Positions 10,694 to 21,299 of a stretch of DNA of 64,000 nt are shown here, piece by piece. How positions within the stretch are numbered: the first letter of the stretch is position 1; the number at the start of each line of letters is the position of its first letter. The stretch comes from Vicinamibacterales bacterium (GTDB lineage: Bacteria > Acidobacteriota > Vicinamibacteria > Vicinamibacterales > JAMQPK01), in the NCBI GenBank assembly GCA_963732445.1, contig CAVSZJ010000008.1:12095-76094 (forward strand). The letters are read 5' to 3'. The notes below the pieces were generated by a model. That model was not told where the DNA came from, did no database searches, and worked only from the letters and a program-made list of their open reading frames with translations. A program made the position numbers and the translations under genes.

Positions 10694-12046
10694 CTACAAG
10701 TCGGACAGCCCATCCAGCCTTCCGTTACTGTCGCCGAATCCGTCGACGGGTACGCCCATCTTGTCGAGCATCGACACATAGAGGTTCGTCATAGGCGTTT
10801 CAACCGGATGGACCACGTGACGGCCGGGGTGGAGTGTCCCGTGGCCTCGACCCGCTATGAGAACCGGCAGATCTTCATGACGATGGCCATTTCCATCACC
10901 CAGGCCGCTGCCATACACGATCATCGAATTATCGAGTAAGGTGCCATCCGCCTCGCGTATCGACTTCAGCTTGTCAAGCAGGTATGGCAGCTGATTCATG
11001 TGGTACTCGTTGATTTGCGTGACCTTCTCGATTTTTGCCGCATCACCGGAGTGGTGGGTCAATCCATGGTGTCCGTCGTTGATGCCGATTTCAGGATAGT
11101 TACGCGGGCTCTGTTCGAGCGCGAGCAGAATCGTGACCACGCGGGTCATGTCCGACTGAAACGCAAGGGTCATCAGGTCGAACATCAGGTGCGAGTGCTC
11201 GGCGAAATCGGCCGGAATGCTCGCGGCCGGAGCATCGATAGGCACCTGTTCCGCATTTCTCTGCTCGACGTGCTGAATCCGCTTTTCGATATCACGCACG
11301 GCGAAGAGGTACTCGTCGAGCTTCTGCCGATCGGCGCCTCCGAGTGAAGTCCTCAAACTTTGCGCTTCGCCAAGCGCCCGGTCGAGGATGCTCTTGCGAT
11401 AGCTCCCGATTCGCTGGCGCCTCGCCGGATCCGTTTCACCGTCGATCGTTCCGAACATCCGCTCGAACACGGCGCGGGGTCTCACTTCGGGAGGATTCGG
11501 CGTGCTTTCCGTGCGCCACGAAATGGTGTTGCTGTAGGCGCAGCTGTATCCGTTATCGCAGTTGCCCCCTTGAATGCCCTCCTCGCACCCCAATTCGAGC
11601 GACGCAAAGCGGGTCTTCCCGTCGAAATGCTGGGCGGCGACCTGATCCATCGAAATGCCGGCCTTCAGGTCTTTGCCATACGTCTTTCGGGGATGCGCCC
11701 CCGTCAGGAAGGATGCCGCCGCACGTGCGTGGTCCCCGCCGCCGTCGCCCAGCTCGCGGCCGCCATTCAGCGTTAGTCCGCTCACCATCAGGAGATCGTT
11801 TCGATATGGCGTGAGCACTTTGGTAATGCGGGGGAATTCCGAGAGCGGCGTTGAACCAAGACCGCCCGGCGCCTTCCAGTGGTTCATCATGATGCCGTTC
11901 GGCACATACAGGAACGCCATCCGATTGACCGCCAGGGTTTTCTTCACCGATTGCGCTGCAAACGCGGGGTACATCGCGTCGAGGAATGGCAAAGCAATGC
12001 TCGCGCCCAGTCCGCGCAAAACCGTCCGCCGTGATAAGTGCGTCAT
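10694..12046 (-). CDS. DUF1552 domain protein (Tat signal)
   Basis: SRRTVLRGLGASIALPFLDAM, YVPNG, GNCDNGYSCAYSNTISW, AFQSDMTRV, GTLLDNS. Confidence 0.92.
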   Translation of the reverse strand: MTHLSRRTVLRGLGASIALPFLDAMYPAFAAQSVKKTLAVNRMAFLYVPNGIMMNHWKAPGGLGSTPLSEFPRITKVLTPYRNDLLMVSGLTLNGGRELGDGGGDHARAAASFLTGAHPRKTYGKDLKAGISMDQVAAQHFDGKTRFASLELGCEEGIQGGNCDNGYSCAYSNTISWRTESTPNPPEVRPRAVFERMFGTIDGETDPARRQRIGSYRKSILDRALGEAQSLRTSLGGADRQKLDEYLFAVRDIEKRIQHVEQRNAEQVPIDAPAASIPADFAEHSHLMFDLMTLAFQSDMTRVVTILLALEQSPRNYPEIGINDGHHGLTHHSGDAAKIEKVTQINEYHMNQLPYLLDKLKSIREADGTLLDNSMIVYGSGLGDGNGHRHEDLPVLIAGRGHGTLHPGRHVVHPVETPMTNLYVSMLDKMGVPVDGFGDSNGRLDGLSDL

Positions 12047-14634
12047 TCGACTCCTCCTGCCCTGGTCCGCATGCGGAACGGGCGACTGTTCACAATACCA
12101 GTTACGAGCGGCGCAAATCGGTACTCCGAGTGTGCGGCCTCGCGAGCGATCAACTCAACAACCGGGCGGTCCGTTCGCTCGAGTCCCCGGCCCAACGCGT
12201 AGGTCAGCAGCTTTTCCGTAAAATTGTTGACGAATATCGGGGCATCGGCGCGGAGAATCTGCTTCAGACCTTTCGCGCCCTCAAGGGTGCGGCCATCGGG
12301 AAGCGTCCCCGCTGTATCCAATGCGACCTCGCCATCTTTCTCGCGCCAGGCGCCGGCGGCGTCGTAGTTCTCGAGGCTGAATCCGATCGGATCCATCAGA
12401 TTGTGGCACACAGAGCAGCTCGGGTTGGCGCGATGCTGCTCGAGGCGCTGGCGCATCGACGCAGAGGTGCCGAGATCCTTCTCCTCCAGCGGAGGAATAT
12501 CGGGCGGGGGCGGCGGCGGCGCTGCTCCGAGTAACGTGTCCAGCACCCACTTGCCGCGCAGCACAGGGGACGTCCGCGTCGCATAGGACGAGATGCTCAG
12601 GATGGCGCCCTGCGTAACGATGCCGCTGCGCTGCTCGCCGTCGAGCGCAACTCGCTGGAATTGTTCCCCATCAACGCCGCGGATTCCGTAATAACGCGCG
12701 AGCGGACCATTGACAAACGTATACCGCCCATCGATGAAGTCCAGAATGCTGCGATTCTCGCGAAACACGGTGTCGACGAACATTCGGGTTTCCTGCCGCA
12801 TGGCATCCAGCAGTTCGTCATCGACGACGAGGTACCTGTCCGCATCCGGCTTGGTCCGGTCCATGAGTCGCAGATTCAGCCACTGCTCGCCGAAATTGTC
12901 GGTCAACGCGGACGACTTCGGACTCGCGAGCATCCGCTGGACTTGTGCGTTCAAGACTTCCGGTTCATGCAGACGCCGCTGCTGAGCTGTGCGGAACAGC
13001 TCGGCGTCCGGCATGCTGCTCCACAGAAAATAGGAGAGTCGCGACGCCAGTTCGTAATCTGTAATCTGATAGCTGTTGTCCTGGGGCGCCTTCGTTGCCG
13101 CGTTGGTCGCGTCCTTCACCTGAGCGGCGGGCTGCGGGTCCCGCTCGACGCGGAACAGGAAATTCGGAGAAACCAGCACGGCTTCGATCGCCATCTGTAT
13201 GGCCAGTTCCGTCGAATCGTTCTTCTGGACCTCTGTGACGATACTCATCAGCGACTGCACTTCCGACGTGGTAGCCGGACGCCGATATGCGCGCGTCGCG
13301 AGGTTGGTCACGATCTCCGTGACGCATTGCGGCGTGTACTGTCCGGGCTGCCCGCAAATGAAAATATTCTTGTAGCTCGGCGGAAATCCCGTAGCAGGAG
13401 CATACGGGCCCAGAATACGGAGGTATTCGACGAAGAGCTCCTGCCGTCCATCTGCATTGATCAACCGGAACGGATTGGGAATGTTGGCCAGTTCGGGCCA
13501 CGAGATGCGCAGCGAGTGGTCTCCCGCGCTGAGCCTGACGCGTACGACTTCTTCTCCGCGGGAATAATTGTACCCGCCGTCCCCTTCCACGAGGGTGCTG
13601 TACACCTGTTTCCCGTCGACATTCAGGACCATCGGGATACCGGCAAACGCTGTGCGAGTTCTTTCGATCTGCGCCAATCTCTGTTCCTCGGTCAGGGCGG
13701 GCCGCGGCGCCCCCTGACCACCCGGATTTACCGCCCCCGCCCCGCGGCCGCGGCCCTGGCCGCCGTCGTCGACCGGGTTGTTGACCGTCTTGGCTTCGGC
13801 GGTGCTGTATGGCCGCACGTTGCCGACGGGCTTTCCCCGTCCGCGATAGTTGCCGTAGTGCCACCGCATTTCGTACTCGGCATCGACTGGAGCGTGATAC
13901 GTGGCGTAGAGTGCGCCTCGCAGTGAGTACGGCGTCACATCTGAAGACGCACGCATGTTGTCCTGCATCTTCTTGGGAGTGAGCTTCAGGAGCACGCCCG
14001 GTTTCTCGGGCGCCGGTTCACCGAATATCGCGGCCCGCGCTACTGCACGCGCAGCGTTTTGATACTTGTCCATCAGCATCGGGGAAACCGACAGCGCGTC
14101 GCCGATATTGTCGAACCCGTATCCGGAGTCGTCCACGGGAAATTCGTCCGCGGGGCGCAGCGTCACACCCAACAGGTCTCGCACCGTGTTGTTATATTCG
14201 ACGCGATTCAGGCGCCTCGCTGTGACGCGGCCCGGATCGACCACTGCCGCACTTTCGGCCGAATACGTGATTCCGGGGAGCTTGCGAATCCACTGTACAA
14301 GGGCGGCCGCTTCTGATGACGGTAAGAGCGGCAACGGCCGAGGAGGCATCTGTCCGGCAGAAACCTTGTCGAGCACCTTTTGCCACAGTTCGGTGTGCTG
14401 CAAGGCCCGGCTGTATTCGCGGACCCCTTCCAGGCTCAGGTTCCCGGTGCGGAGTCGATCGCTGTGGCAGCTGACGCATTTCTTCGACAGGACCGGCACG
14501 ATGACCTGTTGATATTCATCGGCCGTAGCCTGCATTGGTGTCTGGCCAGCGACGCCAGTCCCAGCGAGCAGACCGCAACCGATCGCCGCACAAATCCCGA
14601 CGACCCAGAGGCACGCTCGAAATGTATTGCGCAT
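12043..14634 (-). CDS. DUF1592/1588/1587/1585/1595 domain protein with c-type heme motifs
   Basis: CVSCH, RRLNRVEYNNTVRDL, GFDN, ELASRLSYFLWSSMPD, TSPVLRGKW, CSVCH. Confidence 0.92.
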   Translation of the reverse strand: MRNTFRACLWVVGICAAIGCGLLAGTGVAGQTPMQATADEYQQVIVPVLSKKCVSCHSDRLRTGNLSLEGVREYSRALQHTELWQKVLDKVSAGQMPPRPLPLLPSSEAAALVQWIRKLPGITYSAESAAVVDPGRVTARRLNRVEYNNTVRDLLGVTLRPADEFPVDDSGYGFDNIGDALSVSPMLMDKYQNAARAVARAAIFGEPAPEKPGVLLKLTPKKMQDNMRASSDVTPYSLRGALYATYHAPVDAEYEMRWHYGNYRGRGKPVGNVRPYSTAEAKTVNNPVDDGGQGRGRGAGAVNPGGQGAPRPALTEEQRLAQIERTRTAFAGIPMVLNVDGKQVYSTLVEGDGGYNYSRGEEVVRVRLSAGDHSLRISWPELANIPNPFRLINADGRQELFVEYLRILGPYAPATGFPPSYKNIFICGQPGQYTPQCVTEIVTNLATRAYRRPATTSEVQSLMSIVTEVQKNDSTELAIQMAIEAVLVSPNFLFRVERDPQPAAQVKDATNAATKAPQDNSYQITDYELASRLSYFLWSSMPDAELFRTAQQRRLHEPEVLNAQVQRMLASPKSSALTDNFGEQWLNLRLMDRTKPDADRYLVVDDELLDAMRQETRMFVDTVFRENRSILDFIDGRYTFVNGPLARYYGIRGVDGEQFQRVALDGEQRSGIVTQGAILSISSYATRTSPVLRGKWVLDTLLGAAPPPPPPDIPPLEEKDLGTSASMRQRLEQHRANPSCSVCHNLMDPIGFSLENYDAAGAWREKDGEVALDTAGTLPDGRTLEGAKGLKQILRADAPIFVNNFTEKLLTYALGRGLERTDRPVVELIAREAAHSEYRFAPLVTGIVNSRPFRMRTRAGGVE

Positions 14635-14648
14635 CACTTCTCCATGGC

Positions 14649-15104
14649 TCATTTAATCCGGTAGAAATCATAGGTCAAGCGGTCCCTGTGCGCTTTGTGG
14701 CAGGCACCGCACGTCGCGTTCATCTGCTGAAAAGCTGTCGCCGCCGCTGCAGCGTCGTTCGATGCGGCAGCAGCAGAGAGCGACTGCAATGCCGCGACTG
14801 CGCTTTTTGTCTCCGCCACCGCGTCATCCGCCTTCTTGTTTTCCCAATAGCCCTGGATTCCTTTGAACAGAACCTCCAGACGCGCCGCTGCAGTAGGAAC
14901 TGCCGGGTCAGAGGGAGTGGCGATGATTTTTCGCAGCACGGCGCTCTGACTCGCGATTTCTTTCATCGTGTTGCTGTGGTCTTCGTACGTTTCGATCAAG
15001 AGTTTCGGCGGTGCAGTCTGACCGCGAGCCGGCAGCACGCTGACGGACAACGCGGCGCCCATCCCCAGGCCGATTAGTAATGTCCCCAGACGATTACGCG
15101 ACAT
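14649..15104 (-). CDS. Class II (c'-type) cytochrome c
   Basis: Signal peptide, all-helical Ala-rich body, C-terminal CGACHKAHR. Confidence 0.85.
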   Translation of the reverse strand: MSRNRLGTLLIGLGMGAALSVSVLPARGQTAPPKLLIETYEDHSNTMKEIASQSAVLRKIIATPSDPAVPTAAARLEVLFKGIQGYWENKKADDAVAETKSAVAALQSLSAAAASNDAAAAATAFQQMNATCGACHKAHRDRLTYDFYRIK

Positions 15105-15114
15105 TTCCACTCCC

Positions 15115-18100
15115 TCAGAAAGCCATCCGCACACCCAGCCGGACGTACCGCTCATCGTCAGTCACGCCCGATGCTCTGGGTAGAGCTGATGACGCCGAAT
15201 CCGTTCAGATTCCTCACCGTTCCATCCGGGTTCAACTGCAGATTCGAGACGTTGAGATTGCTCGGATTCGCGAAATGCGGTGTGTTCGTGACGTTGAACA
15301 CCTCCAGGCGTAACTGGAGCGTCATGCTGCGGGCGAGCGACATTGTGCGGAACAGGCTCATATCGAGGTTCGCCACACCAGGGCCCCTCAACGAGTTGAA
15401 CGCGGCCGTGCCAAACCGTGCGTCGGTAACCGGTCGGAACGCCGTCACGTCGAAGTAGGCGCCATCGGGGCTGAAGCCAAGGATGTCAACGGTGTCTTTC
15501 ACCTGATCTGCTCGCTGATTGCTCCCAGGTGCGTTCAGCGACGCCCCGTTCGCCGTGACGGTGAACGGTTTGCCCGCCGACGCCGTGAAGAACGCGTTCA
15601 ATTGCCAACCCCCGAGAATCCCTCCGACGATACCACTATCCAGCCATTTTCGTCCCCGCCCGAACGGCAGTTCGTAAATCGCAGACGCGTCGAACTTATG
15701 GGGAACGGCGGCGTACGTGCCGCTCTGCTCGGCCTTGTTCAAGTGCCAGTATTCCGGGATCGGGATGGTGTCGGCCCACCAGTCGGTGGCTTTCGCAAAC
15801 GTGTAGGCGGATGTCATCTGAAACCCGTTTGTCATCCGGCGAGTCACGCTCGTCTGCAGCGAGTCGTACTGCACACGTCCGAGCGGCCTGAATACGTTCA
15901 TCGCGCTGGTCGTCCGCAAGCCGGCTGCCAGTCCTAGCTGATTGAAGGGCTGGCTGGCGGCGCCACCGCCAACACGCCCGTAATTGAGATTCTGCTGGAG
16001 CGTCATGTCATTCTGCCGGTTGGCGACATAGCCAACCTGCGCGCTCAGTGCAAACGGAAGGAGCCGCTGGATCGTCACGTTATATGACGTGATAGTGCCA
16101 CGCACGTAGTCGTCCTGTACGTCACCACACCCGTGCCTGACGGCAGGGGGACCTCCCCCTGGGACAGATTCGGCGCCGTCAGTTCCGTTACACCCTGCTC
16201 CAGGGTGCCTATCGCGCCGAAACCGTTCGGCGCGGTCTCCGTGACCAGGACGACGGCGGGAAACGCCTGCATATTGCCACCGCTCCGCGCCGCCACATTG
16301 TCGCTCTGTGGATTCCGCGAGAACCCGGCGCGAATGACTGTTGAGTCATTCGGGCGATACGCGATGCCAAGCCTCGGCGTAAACAGCGCCTTTTGCATTT
16401 TGATATCGCAGGAGGCAGCGCTTGAACCTGCGACGCTGCAGATCTGGATCATGTTCGTGTCGAAGTCGAAGACCTCCAGGCCGCGATCCGCGCGCCGCGG
16501 GTACGGATAGTATTCCCAGCGCACGCCGATGGACGCGGTGATGTTTCTGCTCACGTTCCACTGGTCGCGCACATAGGCGCCGAACTGCCAGTAGCGCAGG
16601 GTCGCGGGCCGCTCCGGATCGGCTCCCTCCGTGGAGAGAAGCGGTGTGTCCGCCTGCACCGAACGGGTCGACGGCAACCCGAGTAAGAAAGCGGCAAACG
16701 TATTGAAGTCGTTGGGGGAGGCGCCTCCATTCAGCGCCGTCGTACCGCCAGTGAACGTAAAGGTTGGCGGTGATGACGTTTCGTAGTGGTTCAGATGGTG
16801 CCTGTTTACATCGAGACCGAACTTGACGTTGTGGCTCCCCTTCGTCCAGCCGGCATTCGCCACCGACGAGACGGAGCGGTCGAGATAATCACGCATGGGG
16901 CTGTTCCCCAACACGGCCCAGTTCCCCATCGTAAAGACCGGCGTGGCACGGTCCAGCGCGATCAGACCCGGCGGGCGCGGACAGGCATTCGGAATCCCGA
17001 ATTCAGCACCCCAACATGTATCGACCGGTCCTTCAGGCGCCACCCGCTGATGAGCTCTTGTGAAGCCGAACACGCCATCGACGACGAATGTCGGCGAGAC
17101 AATGCTCGTAGCTGACCACGAGCCGCTCCTGACATTTGAATCGAACTGCCGGCCGATGCTCAGCGGGTTGAACTCGGCGCCATCCGGATCCGGGAAAATT
17201 CCGCTGTTGTTCTCCACGTTCGGCAGGTAGCTGAGTCGCGCGTTAAGATTCAGGCGATTGGCGGGGGTCCAGGTGAATTTTGAATCGATCTTGTGGACCC
17301 ACGACGTGTAGGTTCCCTGCGCGTAGTAGTTGTTGGTATACCCAGGCAACGTGGGCAACGGGAGCTTCGCGAGCAGACGCTGCGCGATAGGACTCAACCG
17401 GCTCGCAGGAATGAAGTTACAGGAGGCAAATCGAGCATCGGACGTCGATGCCAATCCAGGGCAGTTCTGGAAGGCGAACGGAACGCGCCCGGTCCCTGTC
17501 AGCGTACCTGTTGCAGGGTCGTAAATCACGGTCCCGGTATTTGAGAAATTCCCGGCCCTCAGGTCGGCTGGCGCAATAGAGCGGATCCCCGGCGTCAGCG
17601 ACGCTATCTGCGCCGGGAACACGCCATTTGTGATGGTGTCGTTGGTGCTCTCGACGCTGAAGAAGTAAAACAGCTTGTTTTGCACGAACGGGCCGCCCAC
17701 GGTCCCTCCGAATACGTTCTTTTTCTGAGTGCCCTTGGACCGATCGGCGGGCAGGAAGTAGTTGCGCGCCCGGAGACCGGCTCCCGTGCCATATTCGAAC
17801 AGGCTGCCATGCCGCTGGTTGGTGCCGCTCTTGATCTGCACGTTGACAGACGCGCCACCGGCCATCCCCTGATCCGCGTCGAAGCTGTTGGTCACCACGC
17901 TGATGGTTTCGATCGCCTCCTGACCCGGACTGTAGGACTGCAGTTCCTGAAACCACTGGTTGGTGGCGGTGACGCCATCGAAGCGAAAAACGGTGTTGGT
18001 GGGCGGCTGGCCATTGACCGACACGGCCATCGACCGTGCCGGATTGTTGATGCCTCCGGCCTGGATGTAATTCGGCTGCGCCACACCAGGCATCAAGGTC

Positions 18101-18594
18101 ATGAAACTTTGAAACGCCCGGCCACTGGTAGGCAGCGTTTCCAGTTCGCGCGACGTGGTGACCGACTGAACGGCGGCGCTCTCCGTCTGCAGAATCTCCG
18201 CGGTCCCTGACACTACGATCGCCTCCTGCAGCGTCCCAACCGTGAGTCTCGCGTCGACACGCGCGGTCACGTTCTGACGGACGGCGACGTTCCGGGCCCT
18301 GTAGGGCTGGAATCCCGGCAACACAACGTTCACCTCGTATGTGCCGGGCGCGAGATTGGTAAACGTGTAAGTTCCGCTCGCGCTGGTGGTTGCCTCGCGA
18401 GACTGATTCGTTTCGCTCTGCGTAATCGTCACCGTCGCTCCGGGCGCGGATAGCCCGGATTCATCAGTGACCGATCCGACAATCGAGCCATAGAGCACCT
18501 GGCCGACCGCCGGCAGTGAAAAAGCGAAAAGAACGATGACCACGCCCAGGACGAGCATGCCGAGAACCTTCGGAGAAGCTGTGCTTGCCGACAT
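15115..18594 (-). CDS. TonB-dependent receptor 1 with N-terminal carboxypeptidase-like domain (frameshifts near 16100 and 15158)
   Basis: GSIVGSVTDESG, SFDADQG, KSGTN, YVRDQW, FTPRLG; C-terminus ERYVRLGVRMAF* recovered in a shifted frame. Confidence 0.9.
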
Positions 18595-18684
18595 GGTTCC
18601 TCCCCACGCATGCCACGGTGACACCTCGGGTGTTCGGAACCCGACGCTTTGCCAACCGCGGAGCCGTTTAAATTTGAGTTCTAC

Positions 18685-18765
18685 TGAATTATTAAAGAAG
18701 ACAGGTCTGAAGGTCTTTGTCGGGGGTGAAAAAGACCGTGAAATCAGGCTTGAAAAGCCTGAAAT
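18685..18765. promoter_or_regulatory. AT-rich TGAA direct-repeat tract with hairpin between the regulator and receptor 1
   Basis: TGAAAA/TGAAAT at 18727, 18739, 18751, 18760; TCAGGCTT-gaa-AAGCCTGA hairpin at 18744..18762. Confidence 0.45.
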
Positions 18766-21057
18766 CTACTGGGCAACAGCTGAGGCGCGCTCCACGTCCT
18801 CGAGGATCCAAATTGACCCCGAGGACTCCACAATCGGGAGGATGATCCGGTCCTTCGTAATGACGACGTCCATGGTCATCGCCGGCGTCGAAATTCGATG
18901 CCGCGGGCTTTCGAAATTCGTAACCCGAAACGGATCGCCGACCGGTTTCCCGGCCTTCGGATCGAACCGCCGGCCCCACACGTCGAAAAAACCCAATCGG
19001 TTCGATACAAAGTAGACAGTCCGCCCATCCGGAGACCATCGGGGCTTGTCATCCCAATATCGTCCTTCTGTTATCGGAGCCCAATCTCCGCCATTAGCGT
19101 CCATGACATACAGAGTCGAAAACGCTGACCGGTCGGCAGCTTCGAAGGCGATCCATCGCTGATCCGGCGAGAACGTCCCCTGGTACAGGTTGCGCTCAGG
19201 ATCAGATGCAACGATACGCATTTGAGATTCCGCTCGGGGACCGGCGGCGACCGGAAGGAGACACAGGCTTCGCAATTTTGCTCCCCCGTGCTCGCACGCC
19301 GCAAGTATCCAATCCCCTTTCGATGACCAGTCATAAGGAGCCACGTACGCTTTACCCGGAGTGGTGAGCAATCGTTCTGCCCCCGCCGTAGCGGTCAGGA
19401 CCACAGCACCTTCCTGTCCGCCGTCGGTGAGGCGCCGGTAAGCCACGACCGTGCCGTCGGGAGACCACCGGGGATGATGAATCTCGTCTGCCAGGGTCAG
19501 CCGCTGAGCGGCGCCGTCGGGGAACGGCTGCATCCACAATTCGTGTTTGCCGCGTCTGGACGTGCGAAAGAGGAGGCGGCTGCCATCGGGCGACGCATCG
19601 GGATAGACGGCGTCGATGCCCGGCGGACTGATGGGCATTCCTTCACCCAGAATCGCGCCACGCTTCGGGTCGAAAGGGAATGCCCAAATTCGCGTTCGCT
19701 CATGTCTCACGCTGAACGCCTGCTTCGTGCCGTCGCGCGACGCCACGACATCAGTGTCCCGGCCGCCGCCGGTCGTGAGGCGATGAGGGCCGTCGTGCCA
19801 CTGCAGTGTCCGCGCGTCGACCGCAACGCGCCAGATATTGACCGCATCATCAGCTCGCGCCTCGATGTACAAAGCGTCGCCGCGCGAGGACCAGCTGAAT
19901 TCAGCAAAGGTGAGCCCTGCGCGTTCGATGCGAGCGGCAACGCCGGGCGCGAGCTCTGACCGCACGGCCCCTTGTCCGTCCGGATGCACCGTCCAGAAGG
20001 ACCAGCCGTGATCTTTATGGTTCCCGTACACCGAAATCCGCCGTCCGTCGGGATGCCAGGCGGCGCGAAATGATCGAAATCCTTTCAGGAAATCGACGAG
20101 AACCCGCCGCAGGCTCTCGCCGTTTCGTTTGACGAGGTACAACTTGCTGACGACGTTCGAGTCATAGAGCAGGATCGTATCGTCGCCGGCAGACCACCGA
20201 GGTTTGTATCCGAATTGCGCGATGCGGCGCGGATTTCCGCCTGATGCCGGAACCACAAAAATGCCGCCGCCGGTGCCCTCGAAGCGGAACGCGATCTCGC
20301 GTCCATCATGTGACCAGGCCGGCTGCCAATCGTCGCCAGACGAATTGGTGAGCTGCACAGGCTGATCGTCGCCGATCGACTGAACCCAGATGTCAAAGTT
20401 GCCGGCCCGATCGGAGCTGTAGGCGATCCTCTGCCCGTCGGGCGCCCACGTAGGTTCGCTCTCGAGACCACCGCCGGTGGTCATCTGCCACAGACGTTTG
20501 TCCGACACGGCCAGTGCGGGAGAATCTCTGACGCGATCGAAAAGGATCGCAGCCGTGAAGAATGTAAGAACGGCGAGTGCGACGATTCCCGACACCGTTG
20601 CGGCGACCGGCCATTTGTTGCGTGCCGTTGTGTCCATCGTGATTTCGGAAAGCGGGGGATCACGCATGGCAGGCGCTTCTGGTGCGACCTGCCCGGCGGG
20701 CCAGTCTGCGCGGCGAACGATCTCCACCGGAGCCATGAACCGGTACCCGTGTCCGGCGACGGTCATGATGTAATGCGGTCGATGCGGATTGTCCTCGAGT
20801 ACTTTCCTGAGAGTCGAAATGTGTCTCGCGAGATTGTTTTCCTCGACGAAGGTGTCTGCCCAGACGATCTTTAATAGCTCGTCTTTTTCGACCACCTCGT
20901 TTCGATGTTCGATGAGCGCAAGCAGCACGTCGAAAGATTTCGACGCGAGGAGAACTGGAACGCCATGGCGGGCGAGCGAGCCGGTGACCGTATCAACGGC
21001 GAACGGACCGAAGACGTAAATGCGATCGTCGGGAGTGGTAGATGGAGCTTTCACCAA
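18766..21057 (-). CDS. CadC/ToxR-like winged-helix regulator with a TM helix and PD40/TolB-like beta-propellers
   Basis: YVFGPF, VEENNLARHISTLRKVL, YIMTVAGHGYRF; one TM segment; multiple P.WSPDG repeats. Confidence 0.9.
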   Translation of the reverse strand: MVKAPSTTPDDRIYVFGPFAVDTVTGSLARHGVPVLLASKSFDVLLALIEHRNEVVEKDELLKIVWADTFVEENNLARHISTLRKVLEDNPHRPHYIMTVAGHGYRFMAPVEIVRRADWPAGQVAPEAPAMRDPPLSEITMDTTARNKWPVAATVSGIVALAVLTFFTAAILFDRVRDSPALAVSDKRLWQMTTGGGLESEPTWAPDGQRIAYSSDRAGNFDIWVQSIGDDQPVQLTNSSGDDWQPAWSHDGREIAFRFEGTGGGIFVVPASGGNPRRIAQFGYKPRWSAGDDTILLYDSNVVSKLYLVKRNGESLRRVLVDFLKGFRSFRAAWHPDGRRISVYGNHKDHGWSFWTVHPDGQGAVRSELAPGVAARIERAGLTFAEFSWSSRGDALYIEARADDAVNIWRVAVDARTLQWHDGPHRLTTGGGRDTDVVASRDGTKQAFSVRHERTRIWAFPFDPKRGAILGEGMPISPPGIDAVYPDASPDGSRLLFRTSRRGKHELWMQPFPDGAAQRLTLADEIHHPRWSPDGTVVAYRRLTDGGQEGAVVLTATAGAERLLTTPGKAYVAPYDWSSKGDWILAACEHGGAKLRSLCLLPVAAGPRAESQMRIVASDPERNLYQGTFSPDQRWIAFEAADRSAFSTLYVMDANGGDWAPITEGRYWDDKPRWSPDGRTVYFVSNRLGFFDVWGRRFDPKAGKPVGDPFRVTNFESPRHRISTPAMTMDVVITKDRIILPIVESSGSIWILEDVERASAVAQ

Positions 21058-21153
21058 TCCTCTCAGCTGGTTGCCGGTCTTTCACGCATCTTACCGCCAC
21101 GCTCCGGTACCGCAAGCTTGCTGATCGCACCCTCCCGGTATATTCACCAATCA

Positions 21154-21241
21154 ATGAGCGCCAGCCCCGGCACTTTCTATTGCGTCATCATCAGCGCGGG
21201 GAGCGCCGGGTGCGTGCTCACACAATAGGTTGTCGGCCGAC
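21154..21241 (+). pseudogene. N-terminal remnant of a GMC oxidoreductase (choline dehydrogenase-like)
   Basis: [22 protein letters not shown], then one indel, then NRLSAD; matches the [22 protein letters not shown] Rossmann start. Confidence 0.75.
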
Positions 21242-21252
21242 AGGAACGCCAC

Positions 21253-21297
21253 CCACGTCAGCGAGCTCGATAACGCCGCCACGCGTGAGGAATCGAC
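21253..21297 (+). repeat. 45-bp direct repeat of an internal esterase segment (9656..9700)
   Basis: 42/45 identical by manual alignment; encodes HVSELDNAATREES versus HVSELDNGATREES. Confidence 0.9.
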
Positions 21298-21299
21298 CT

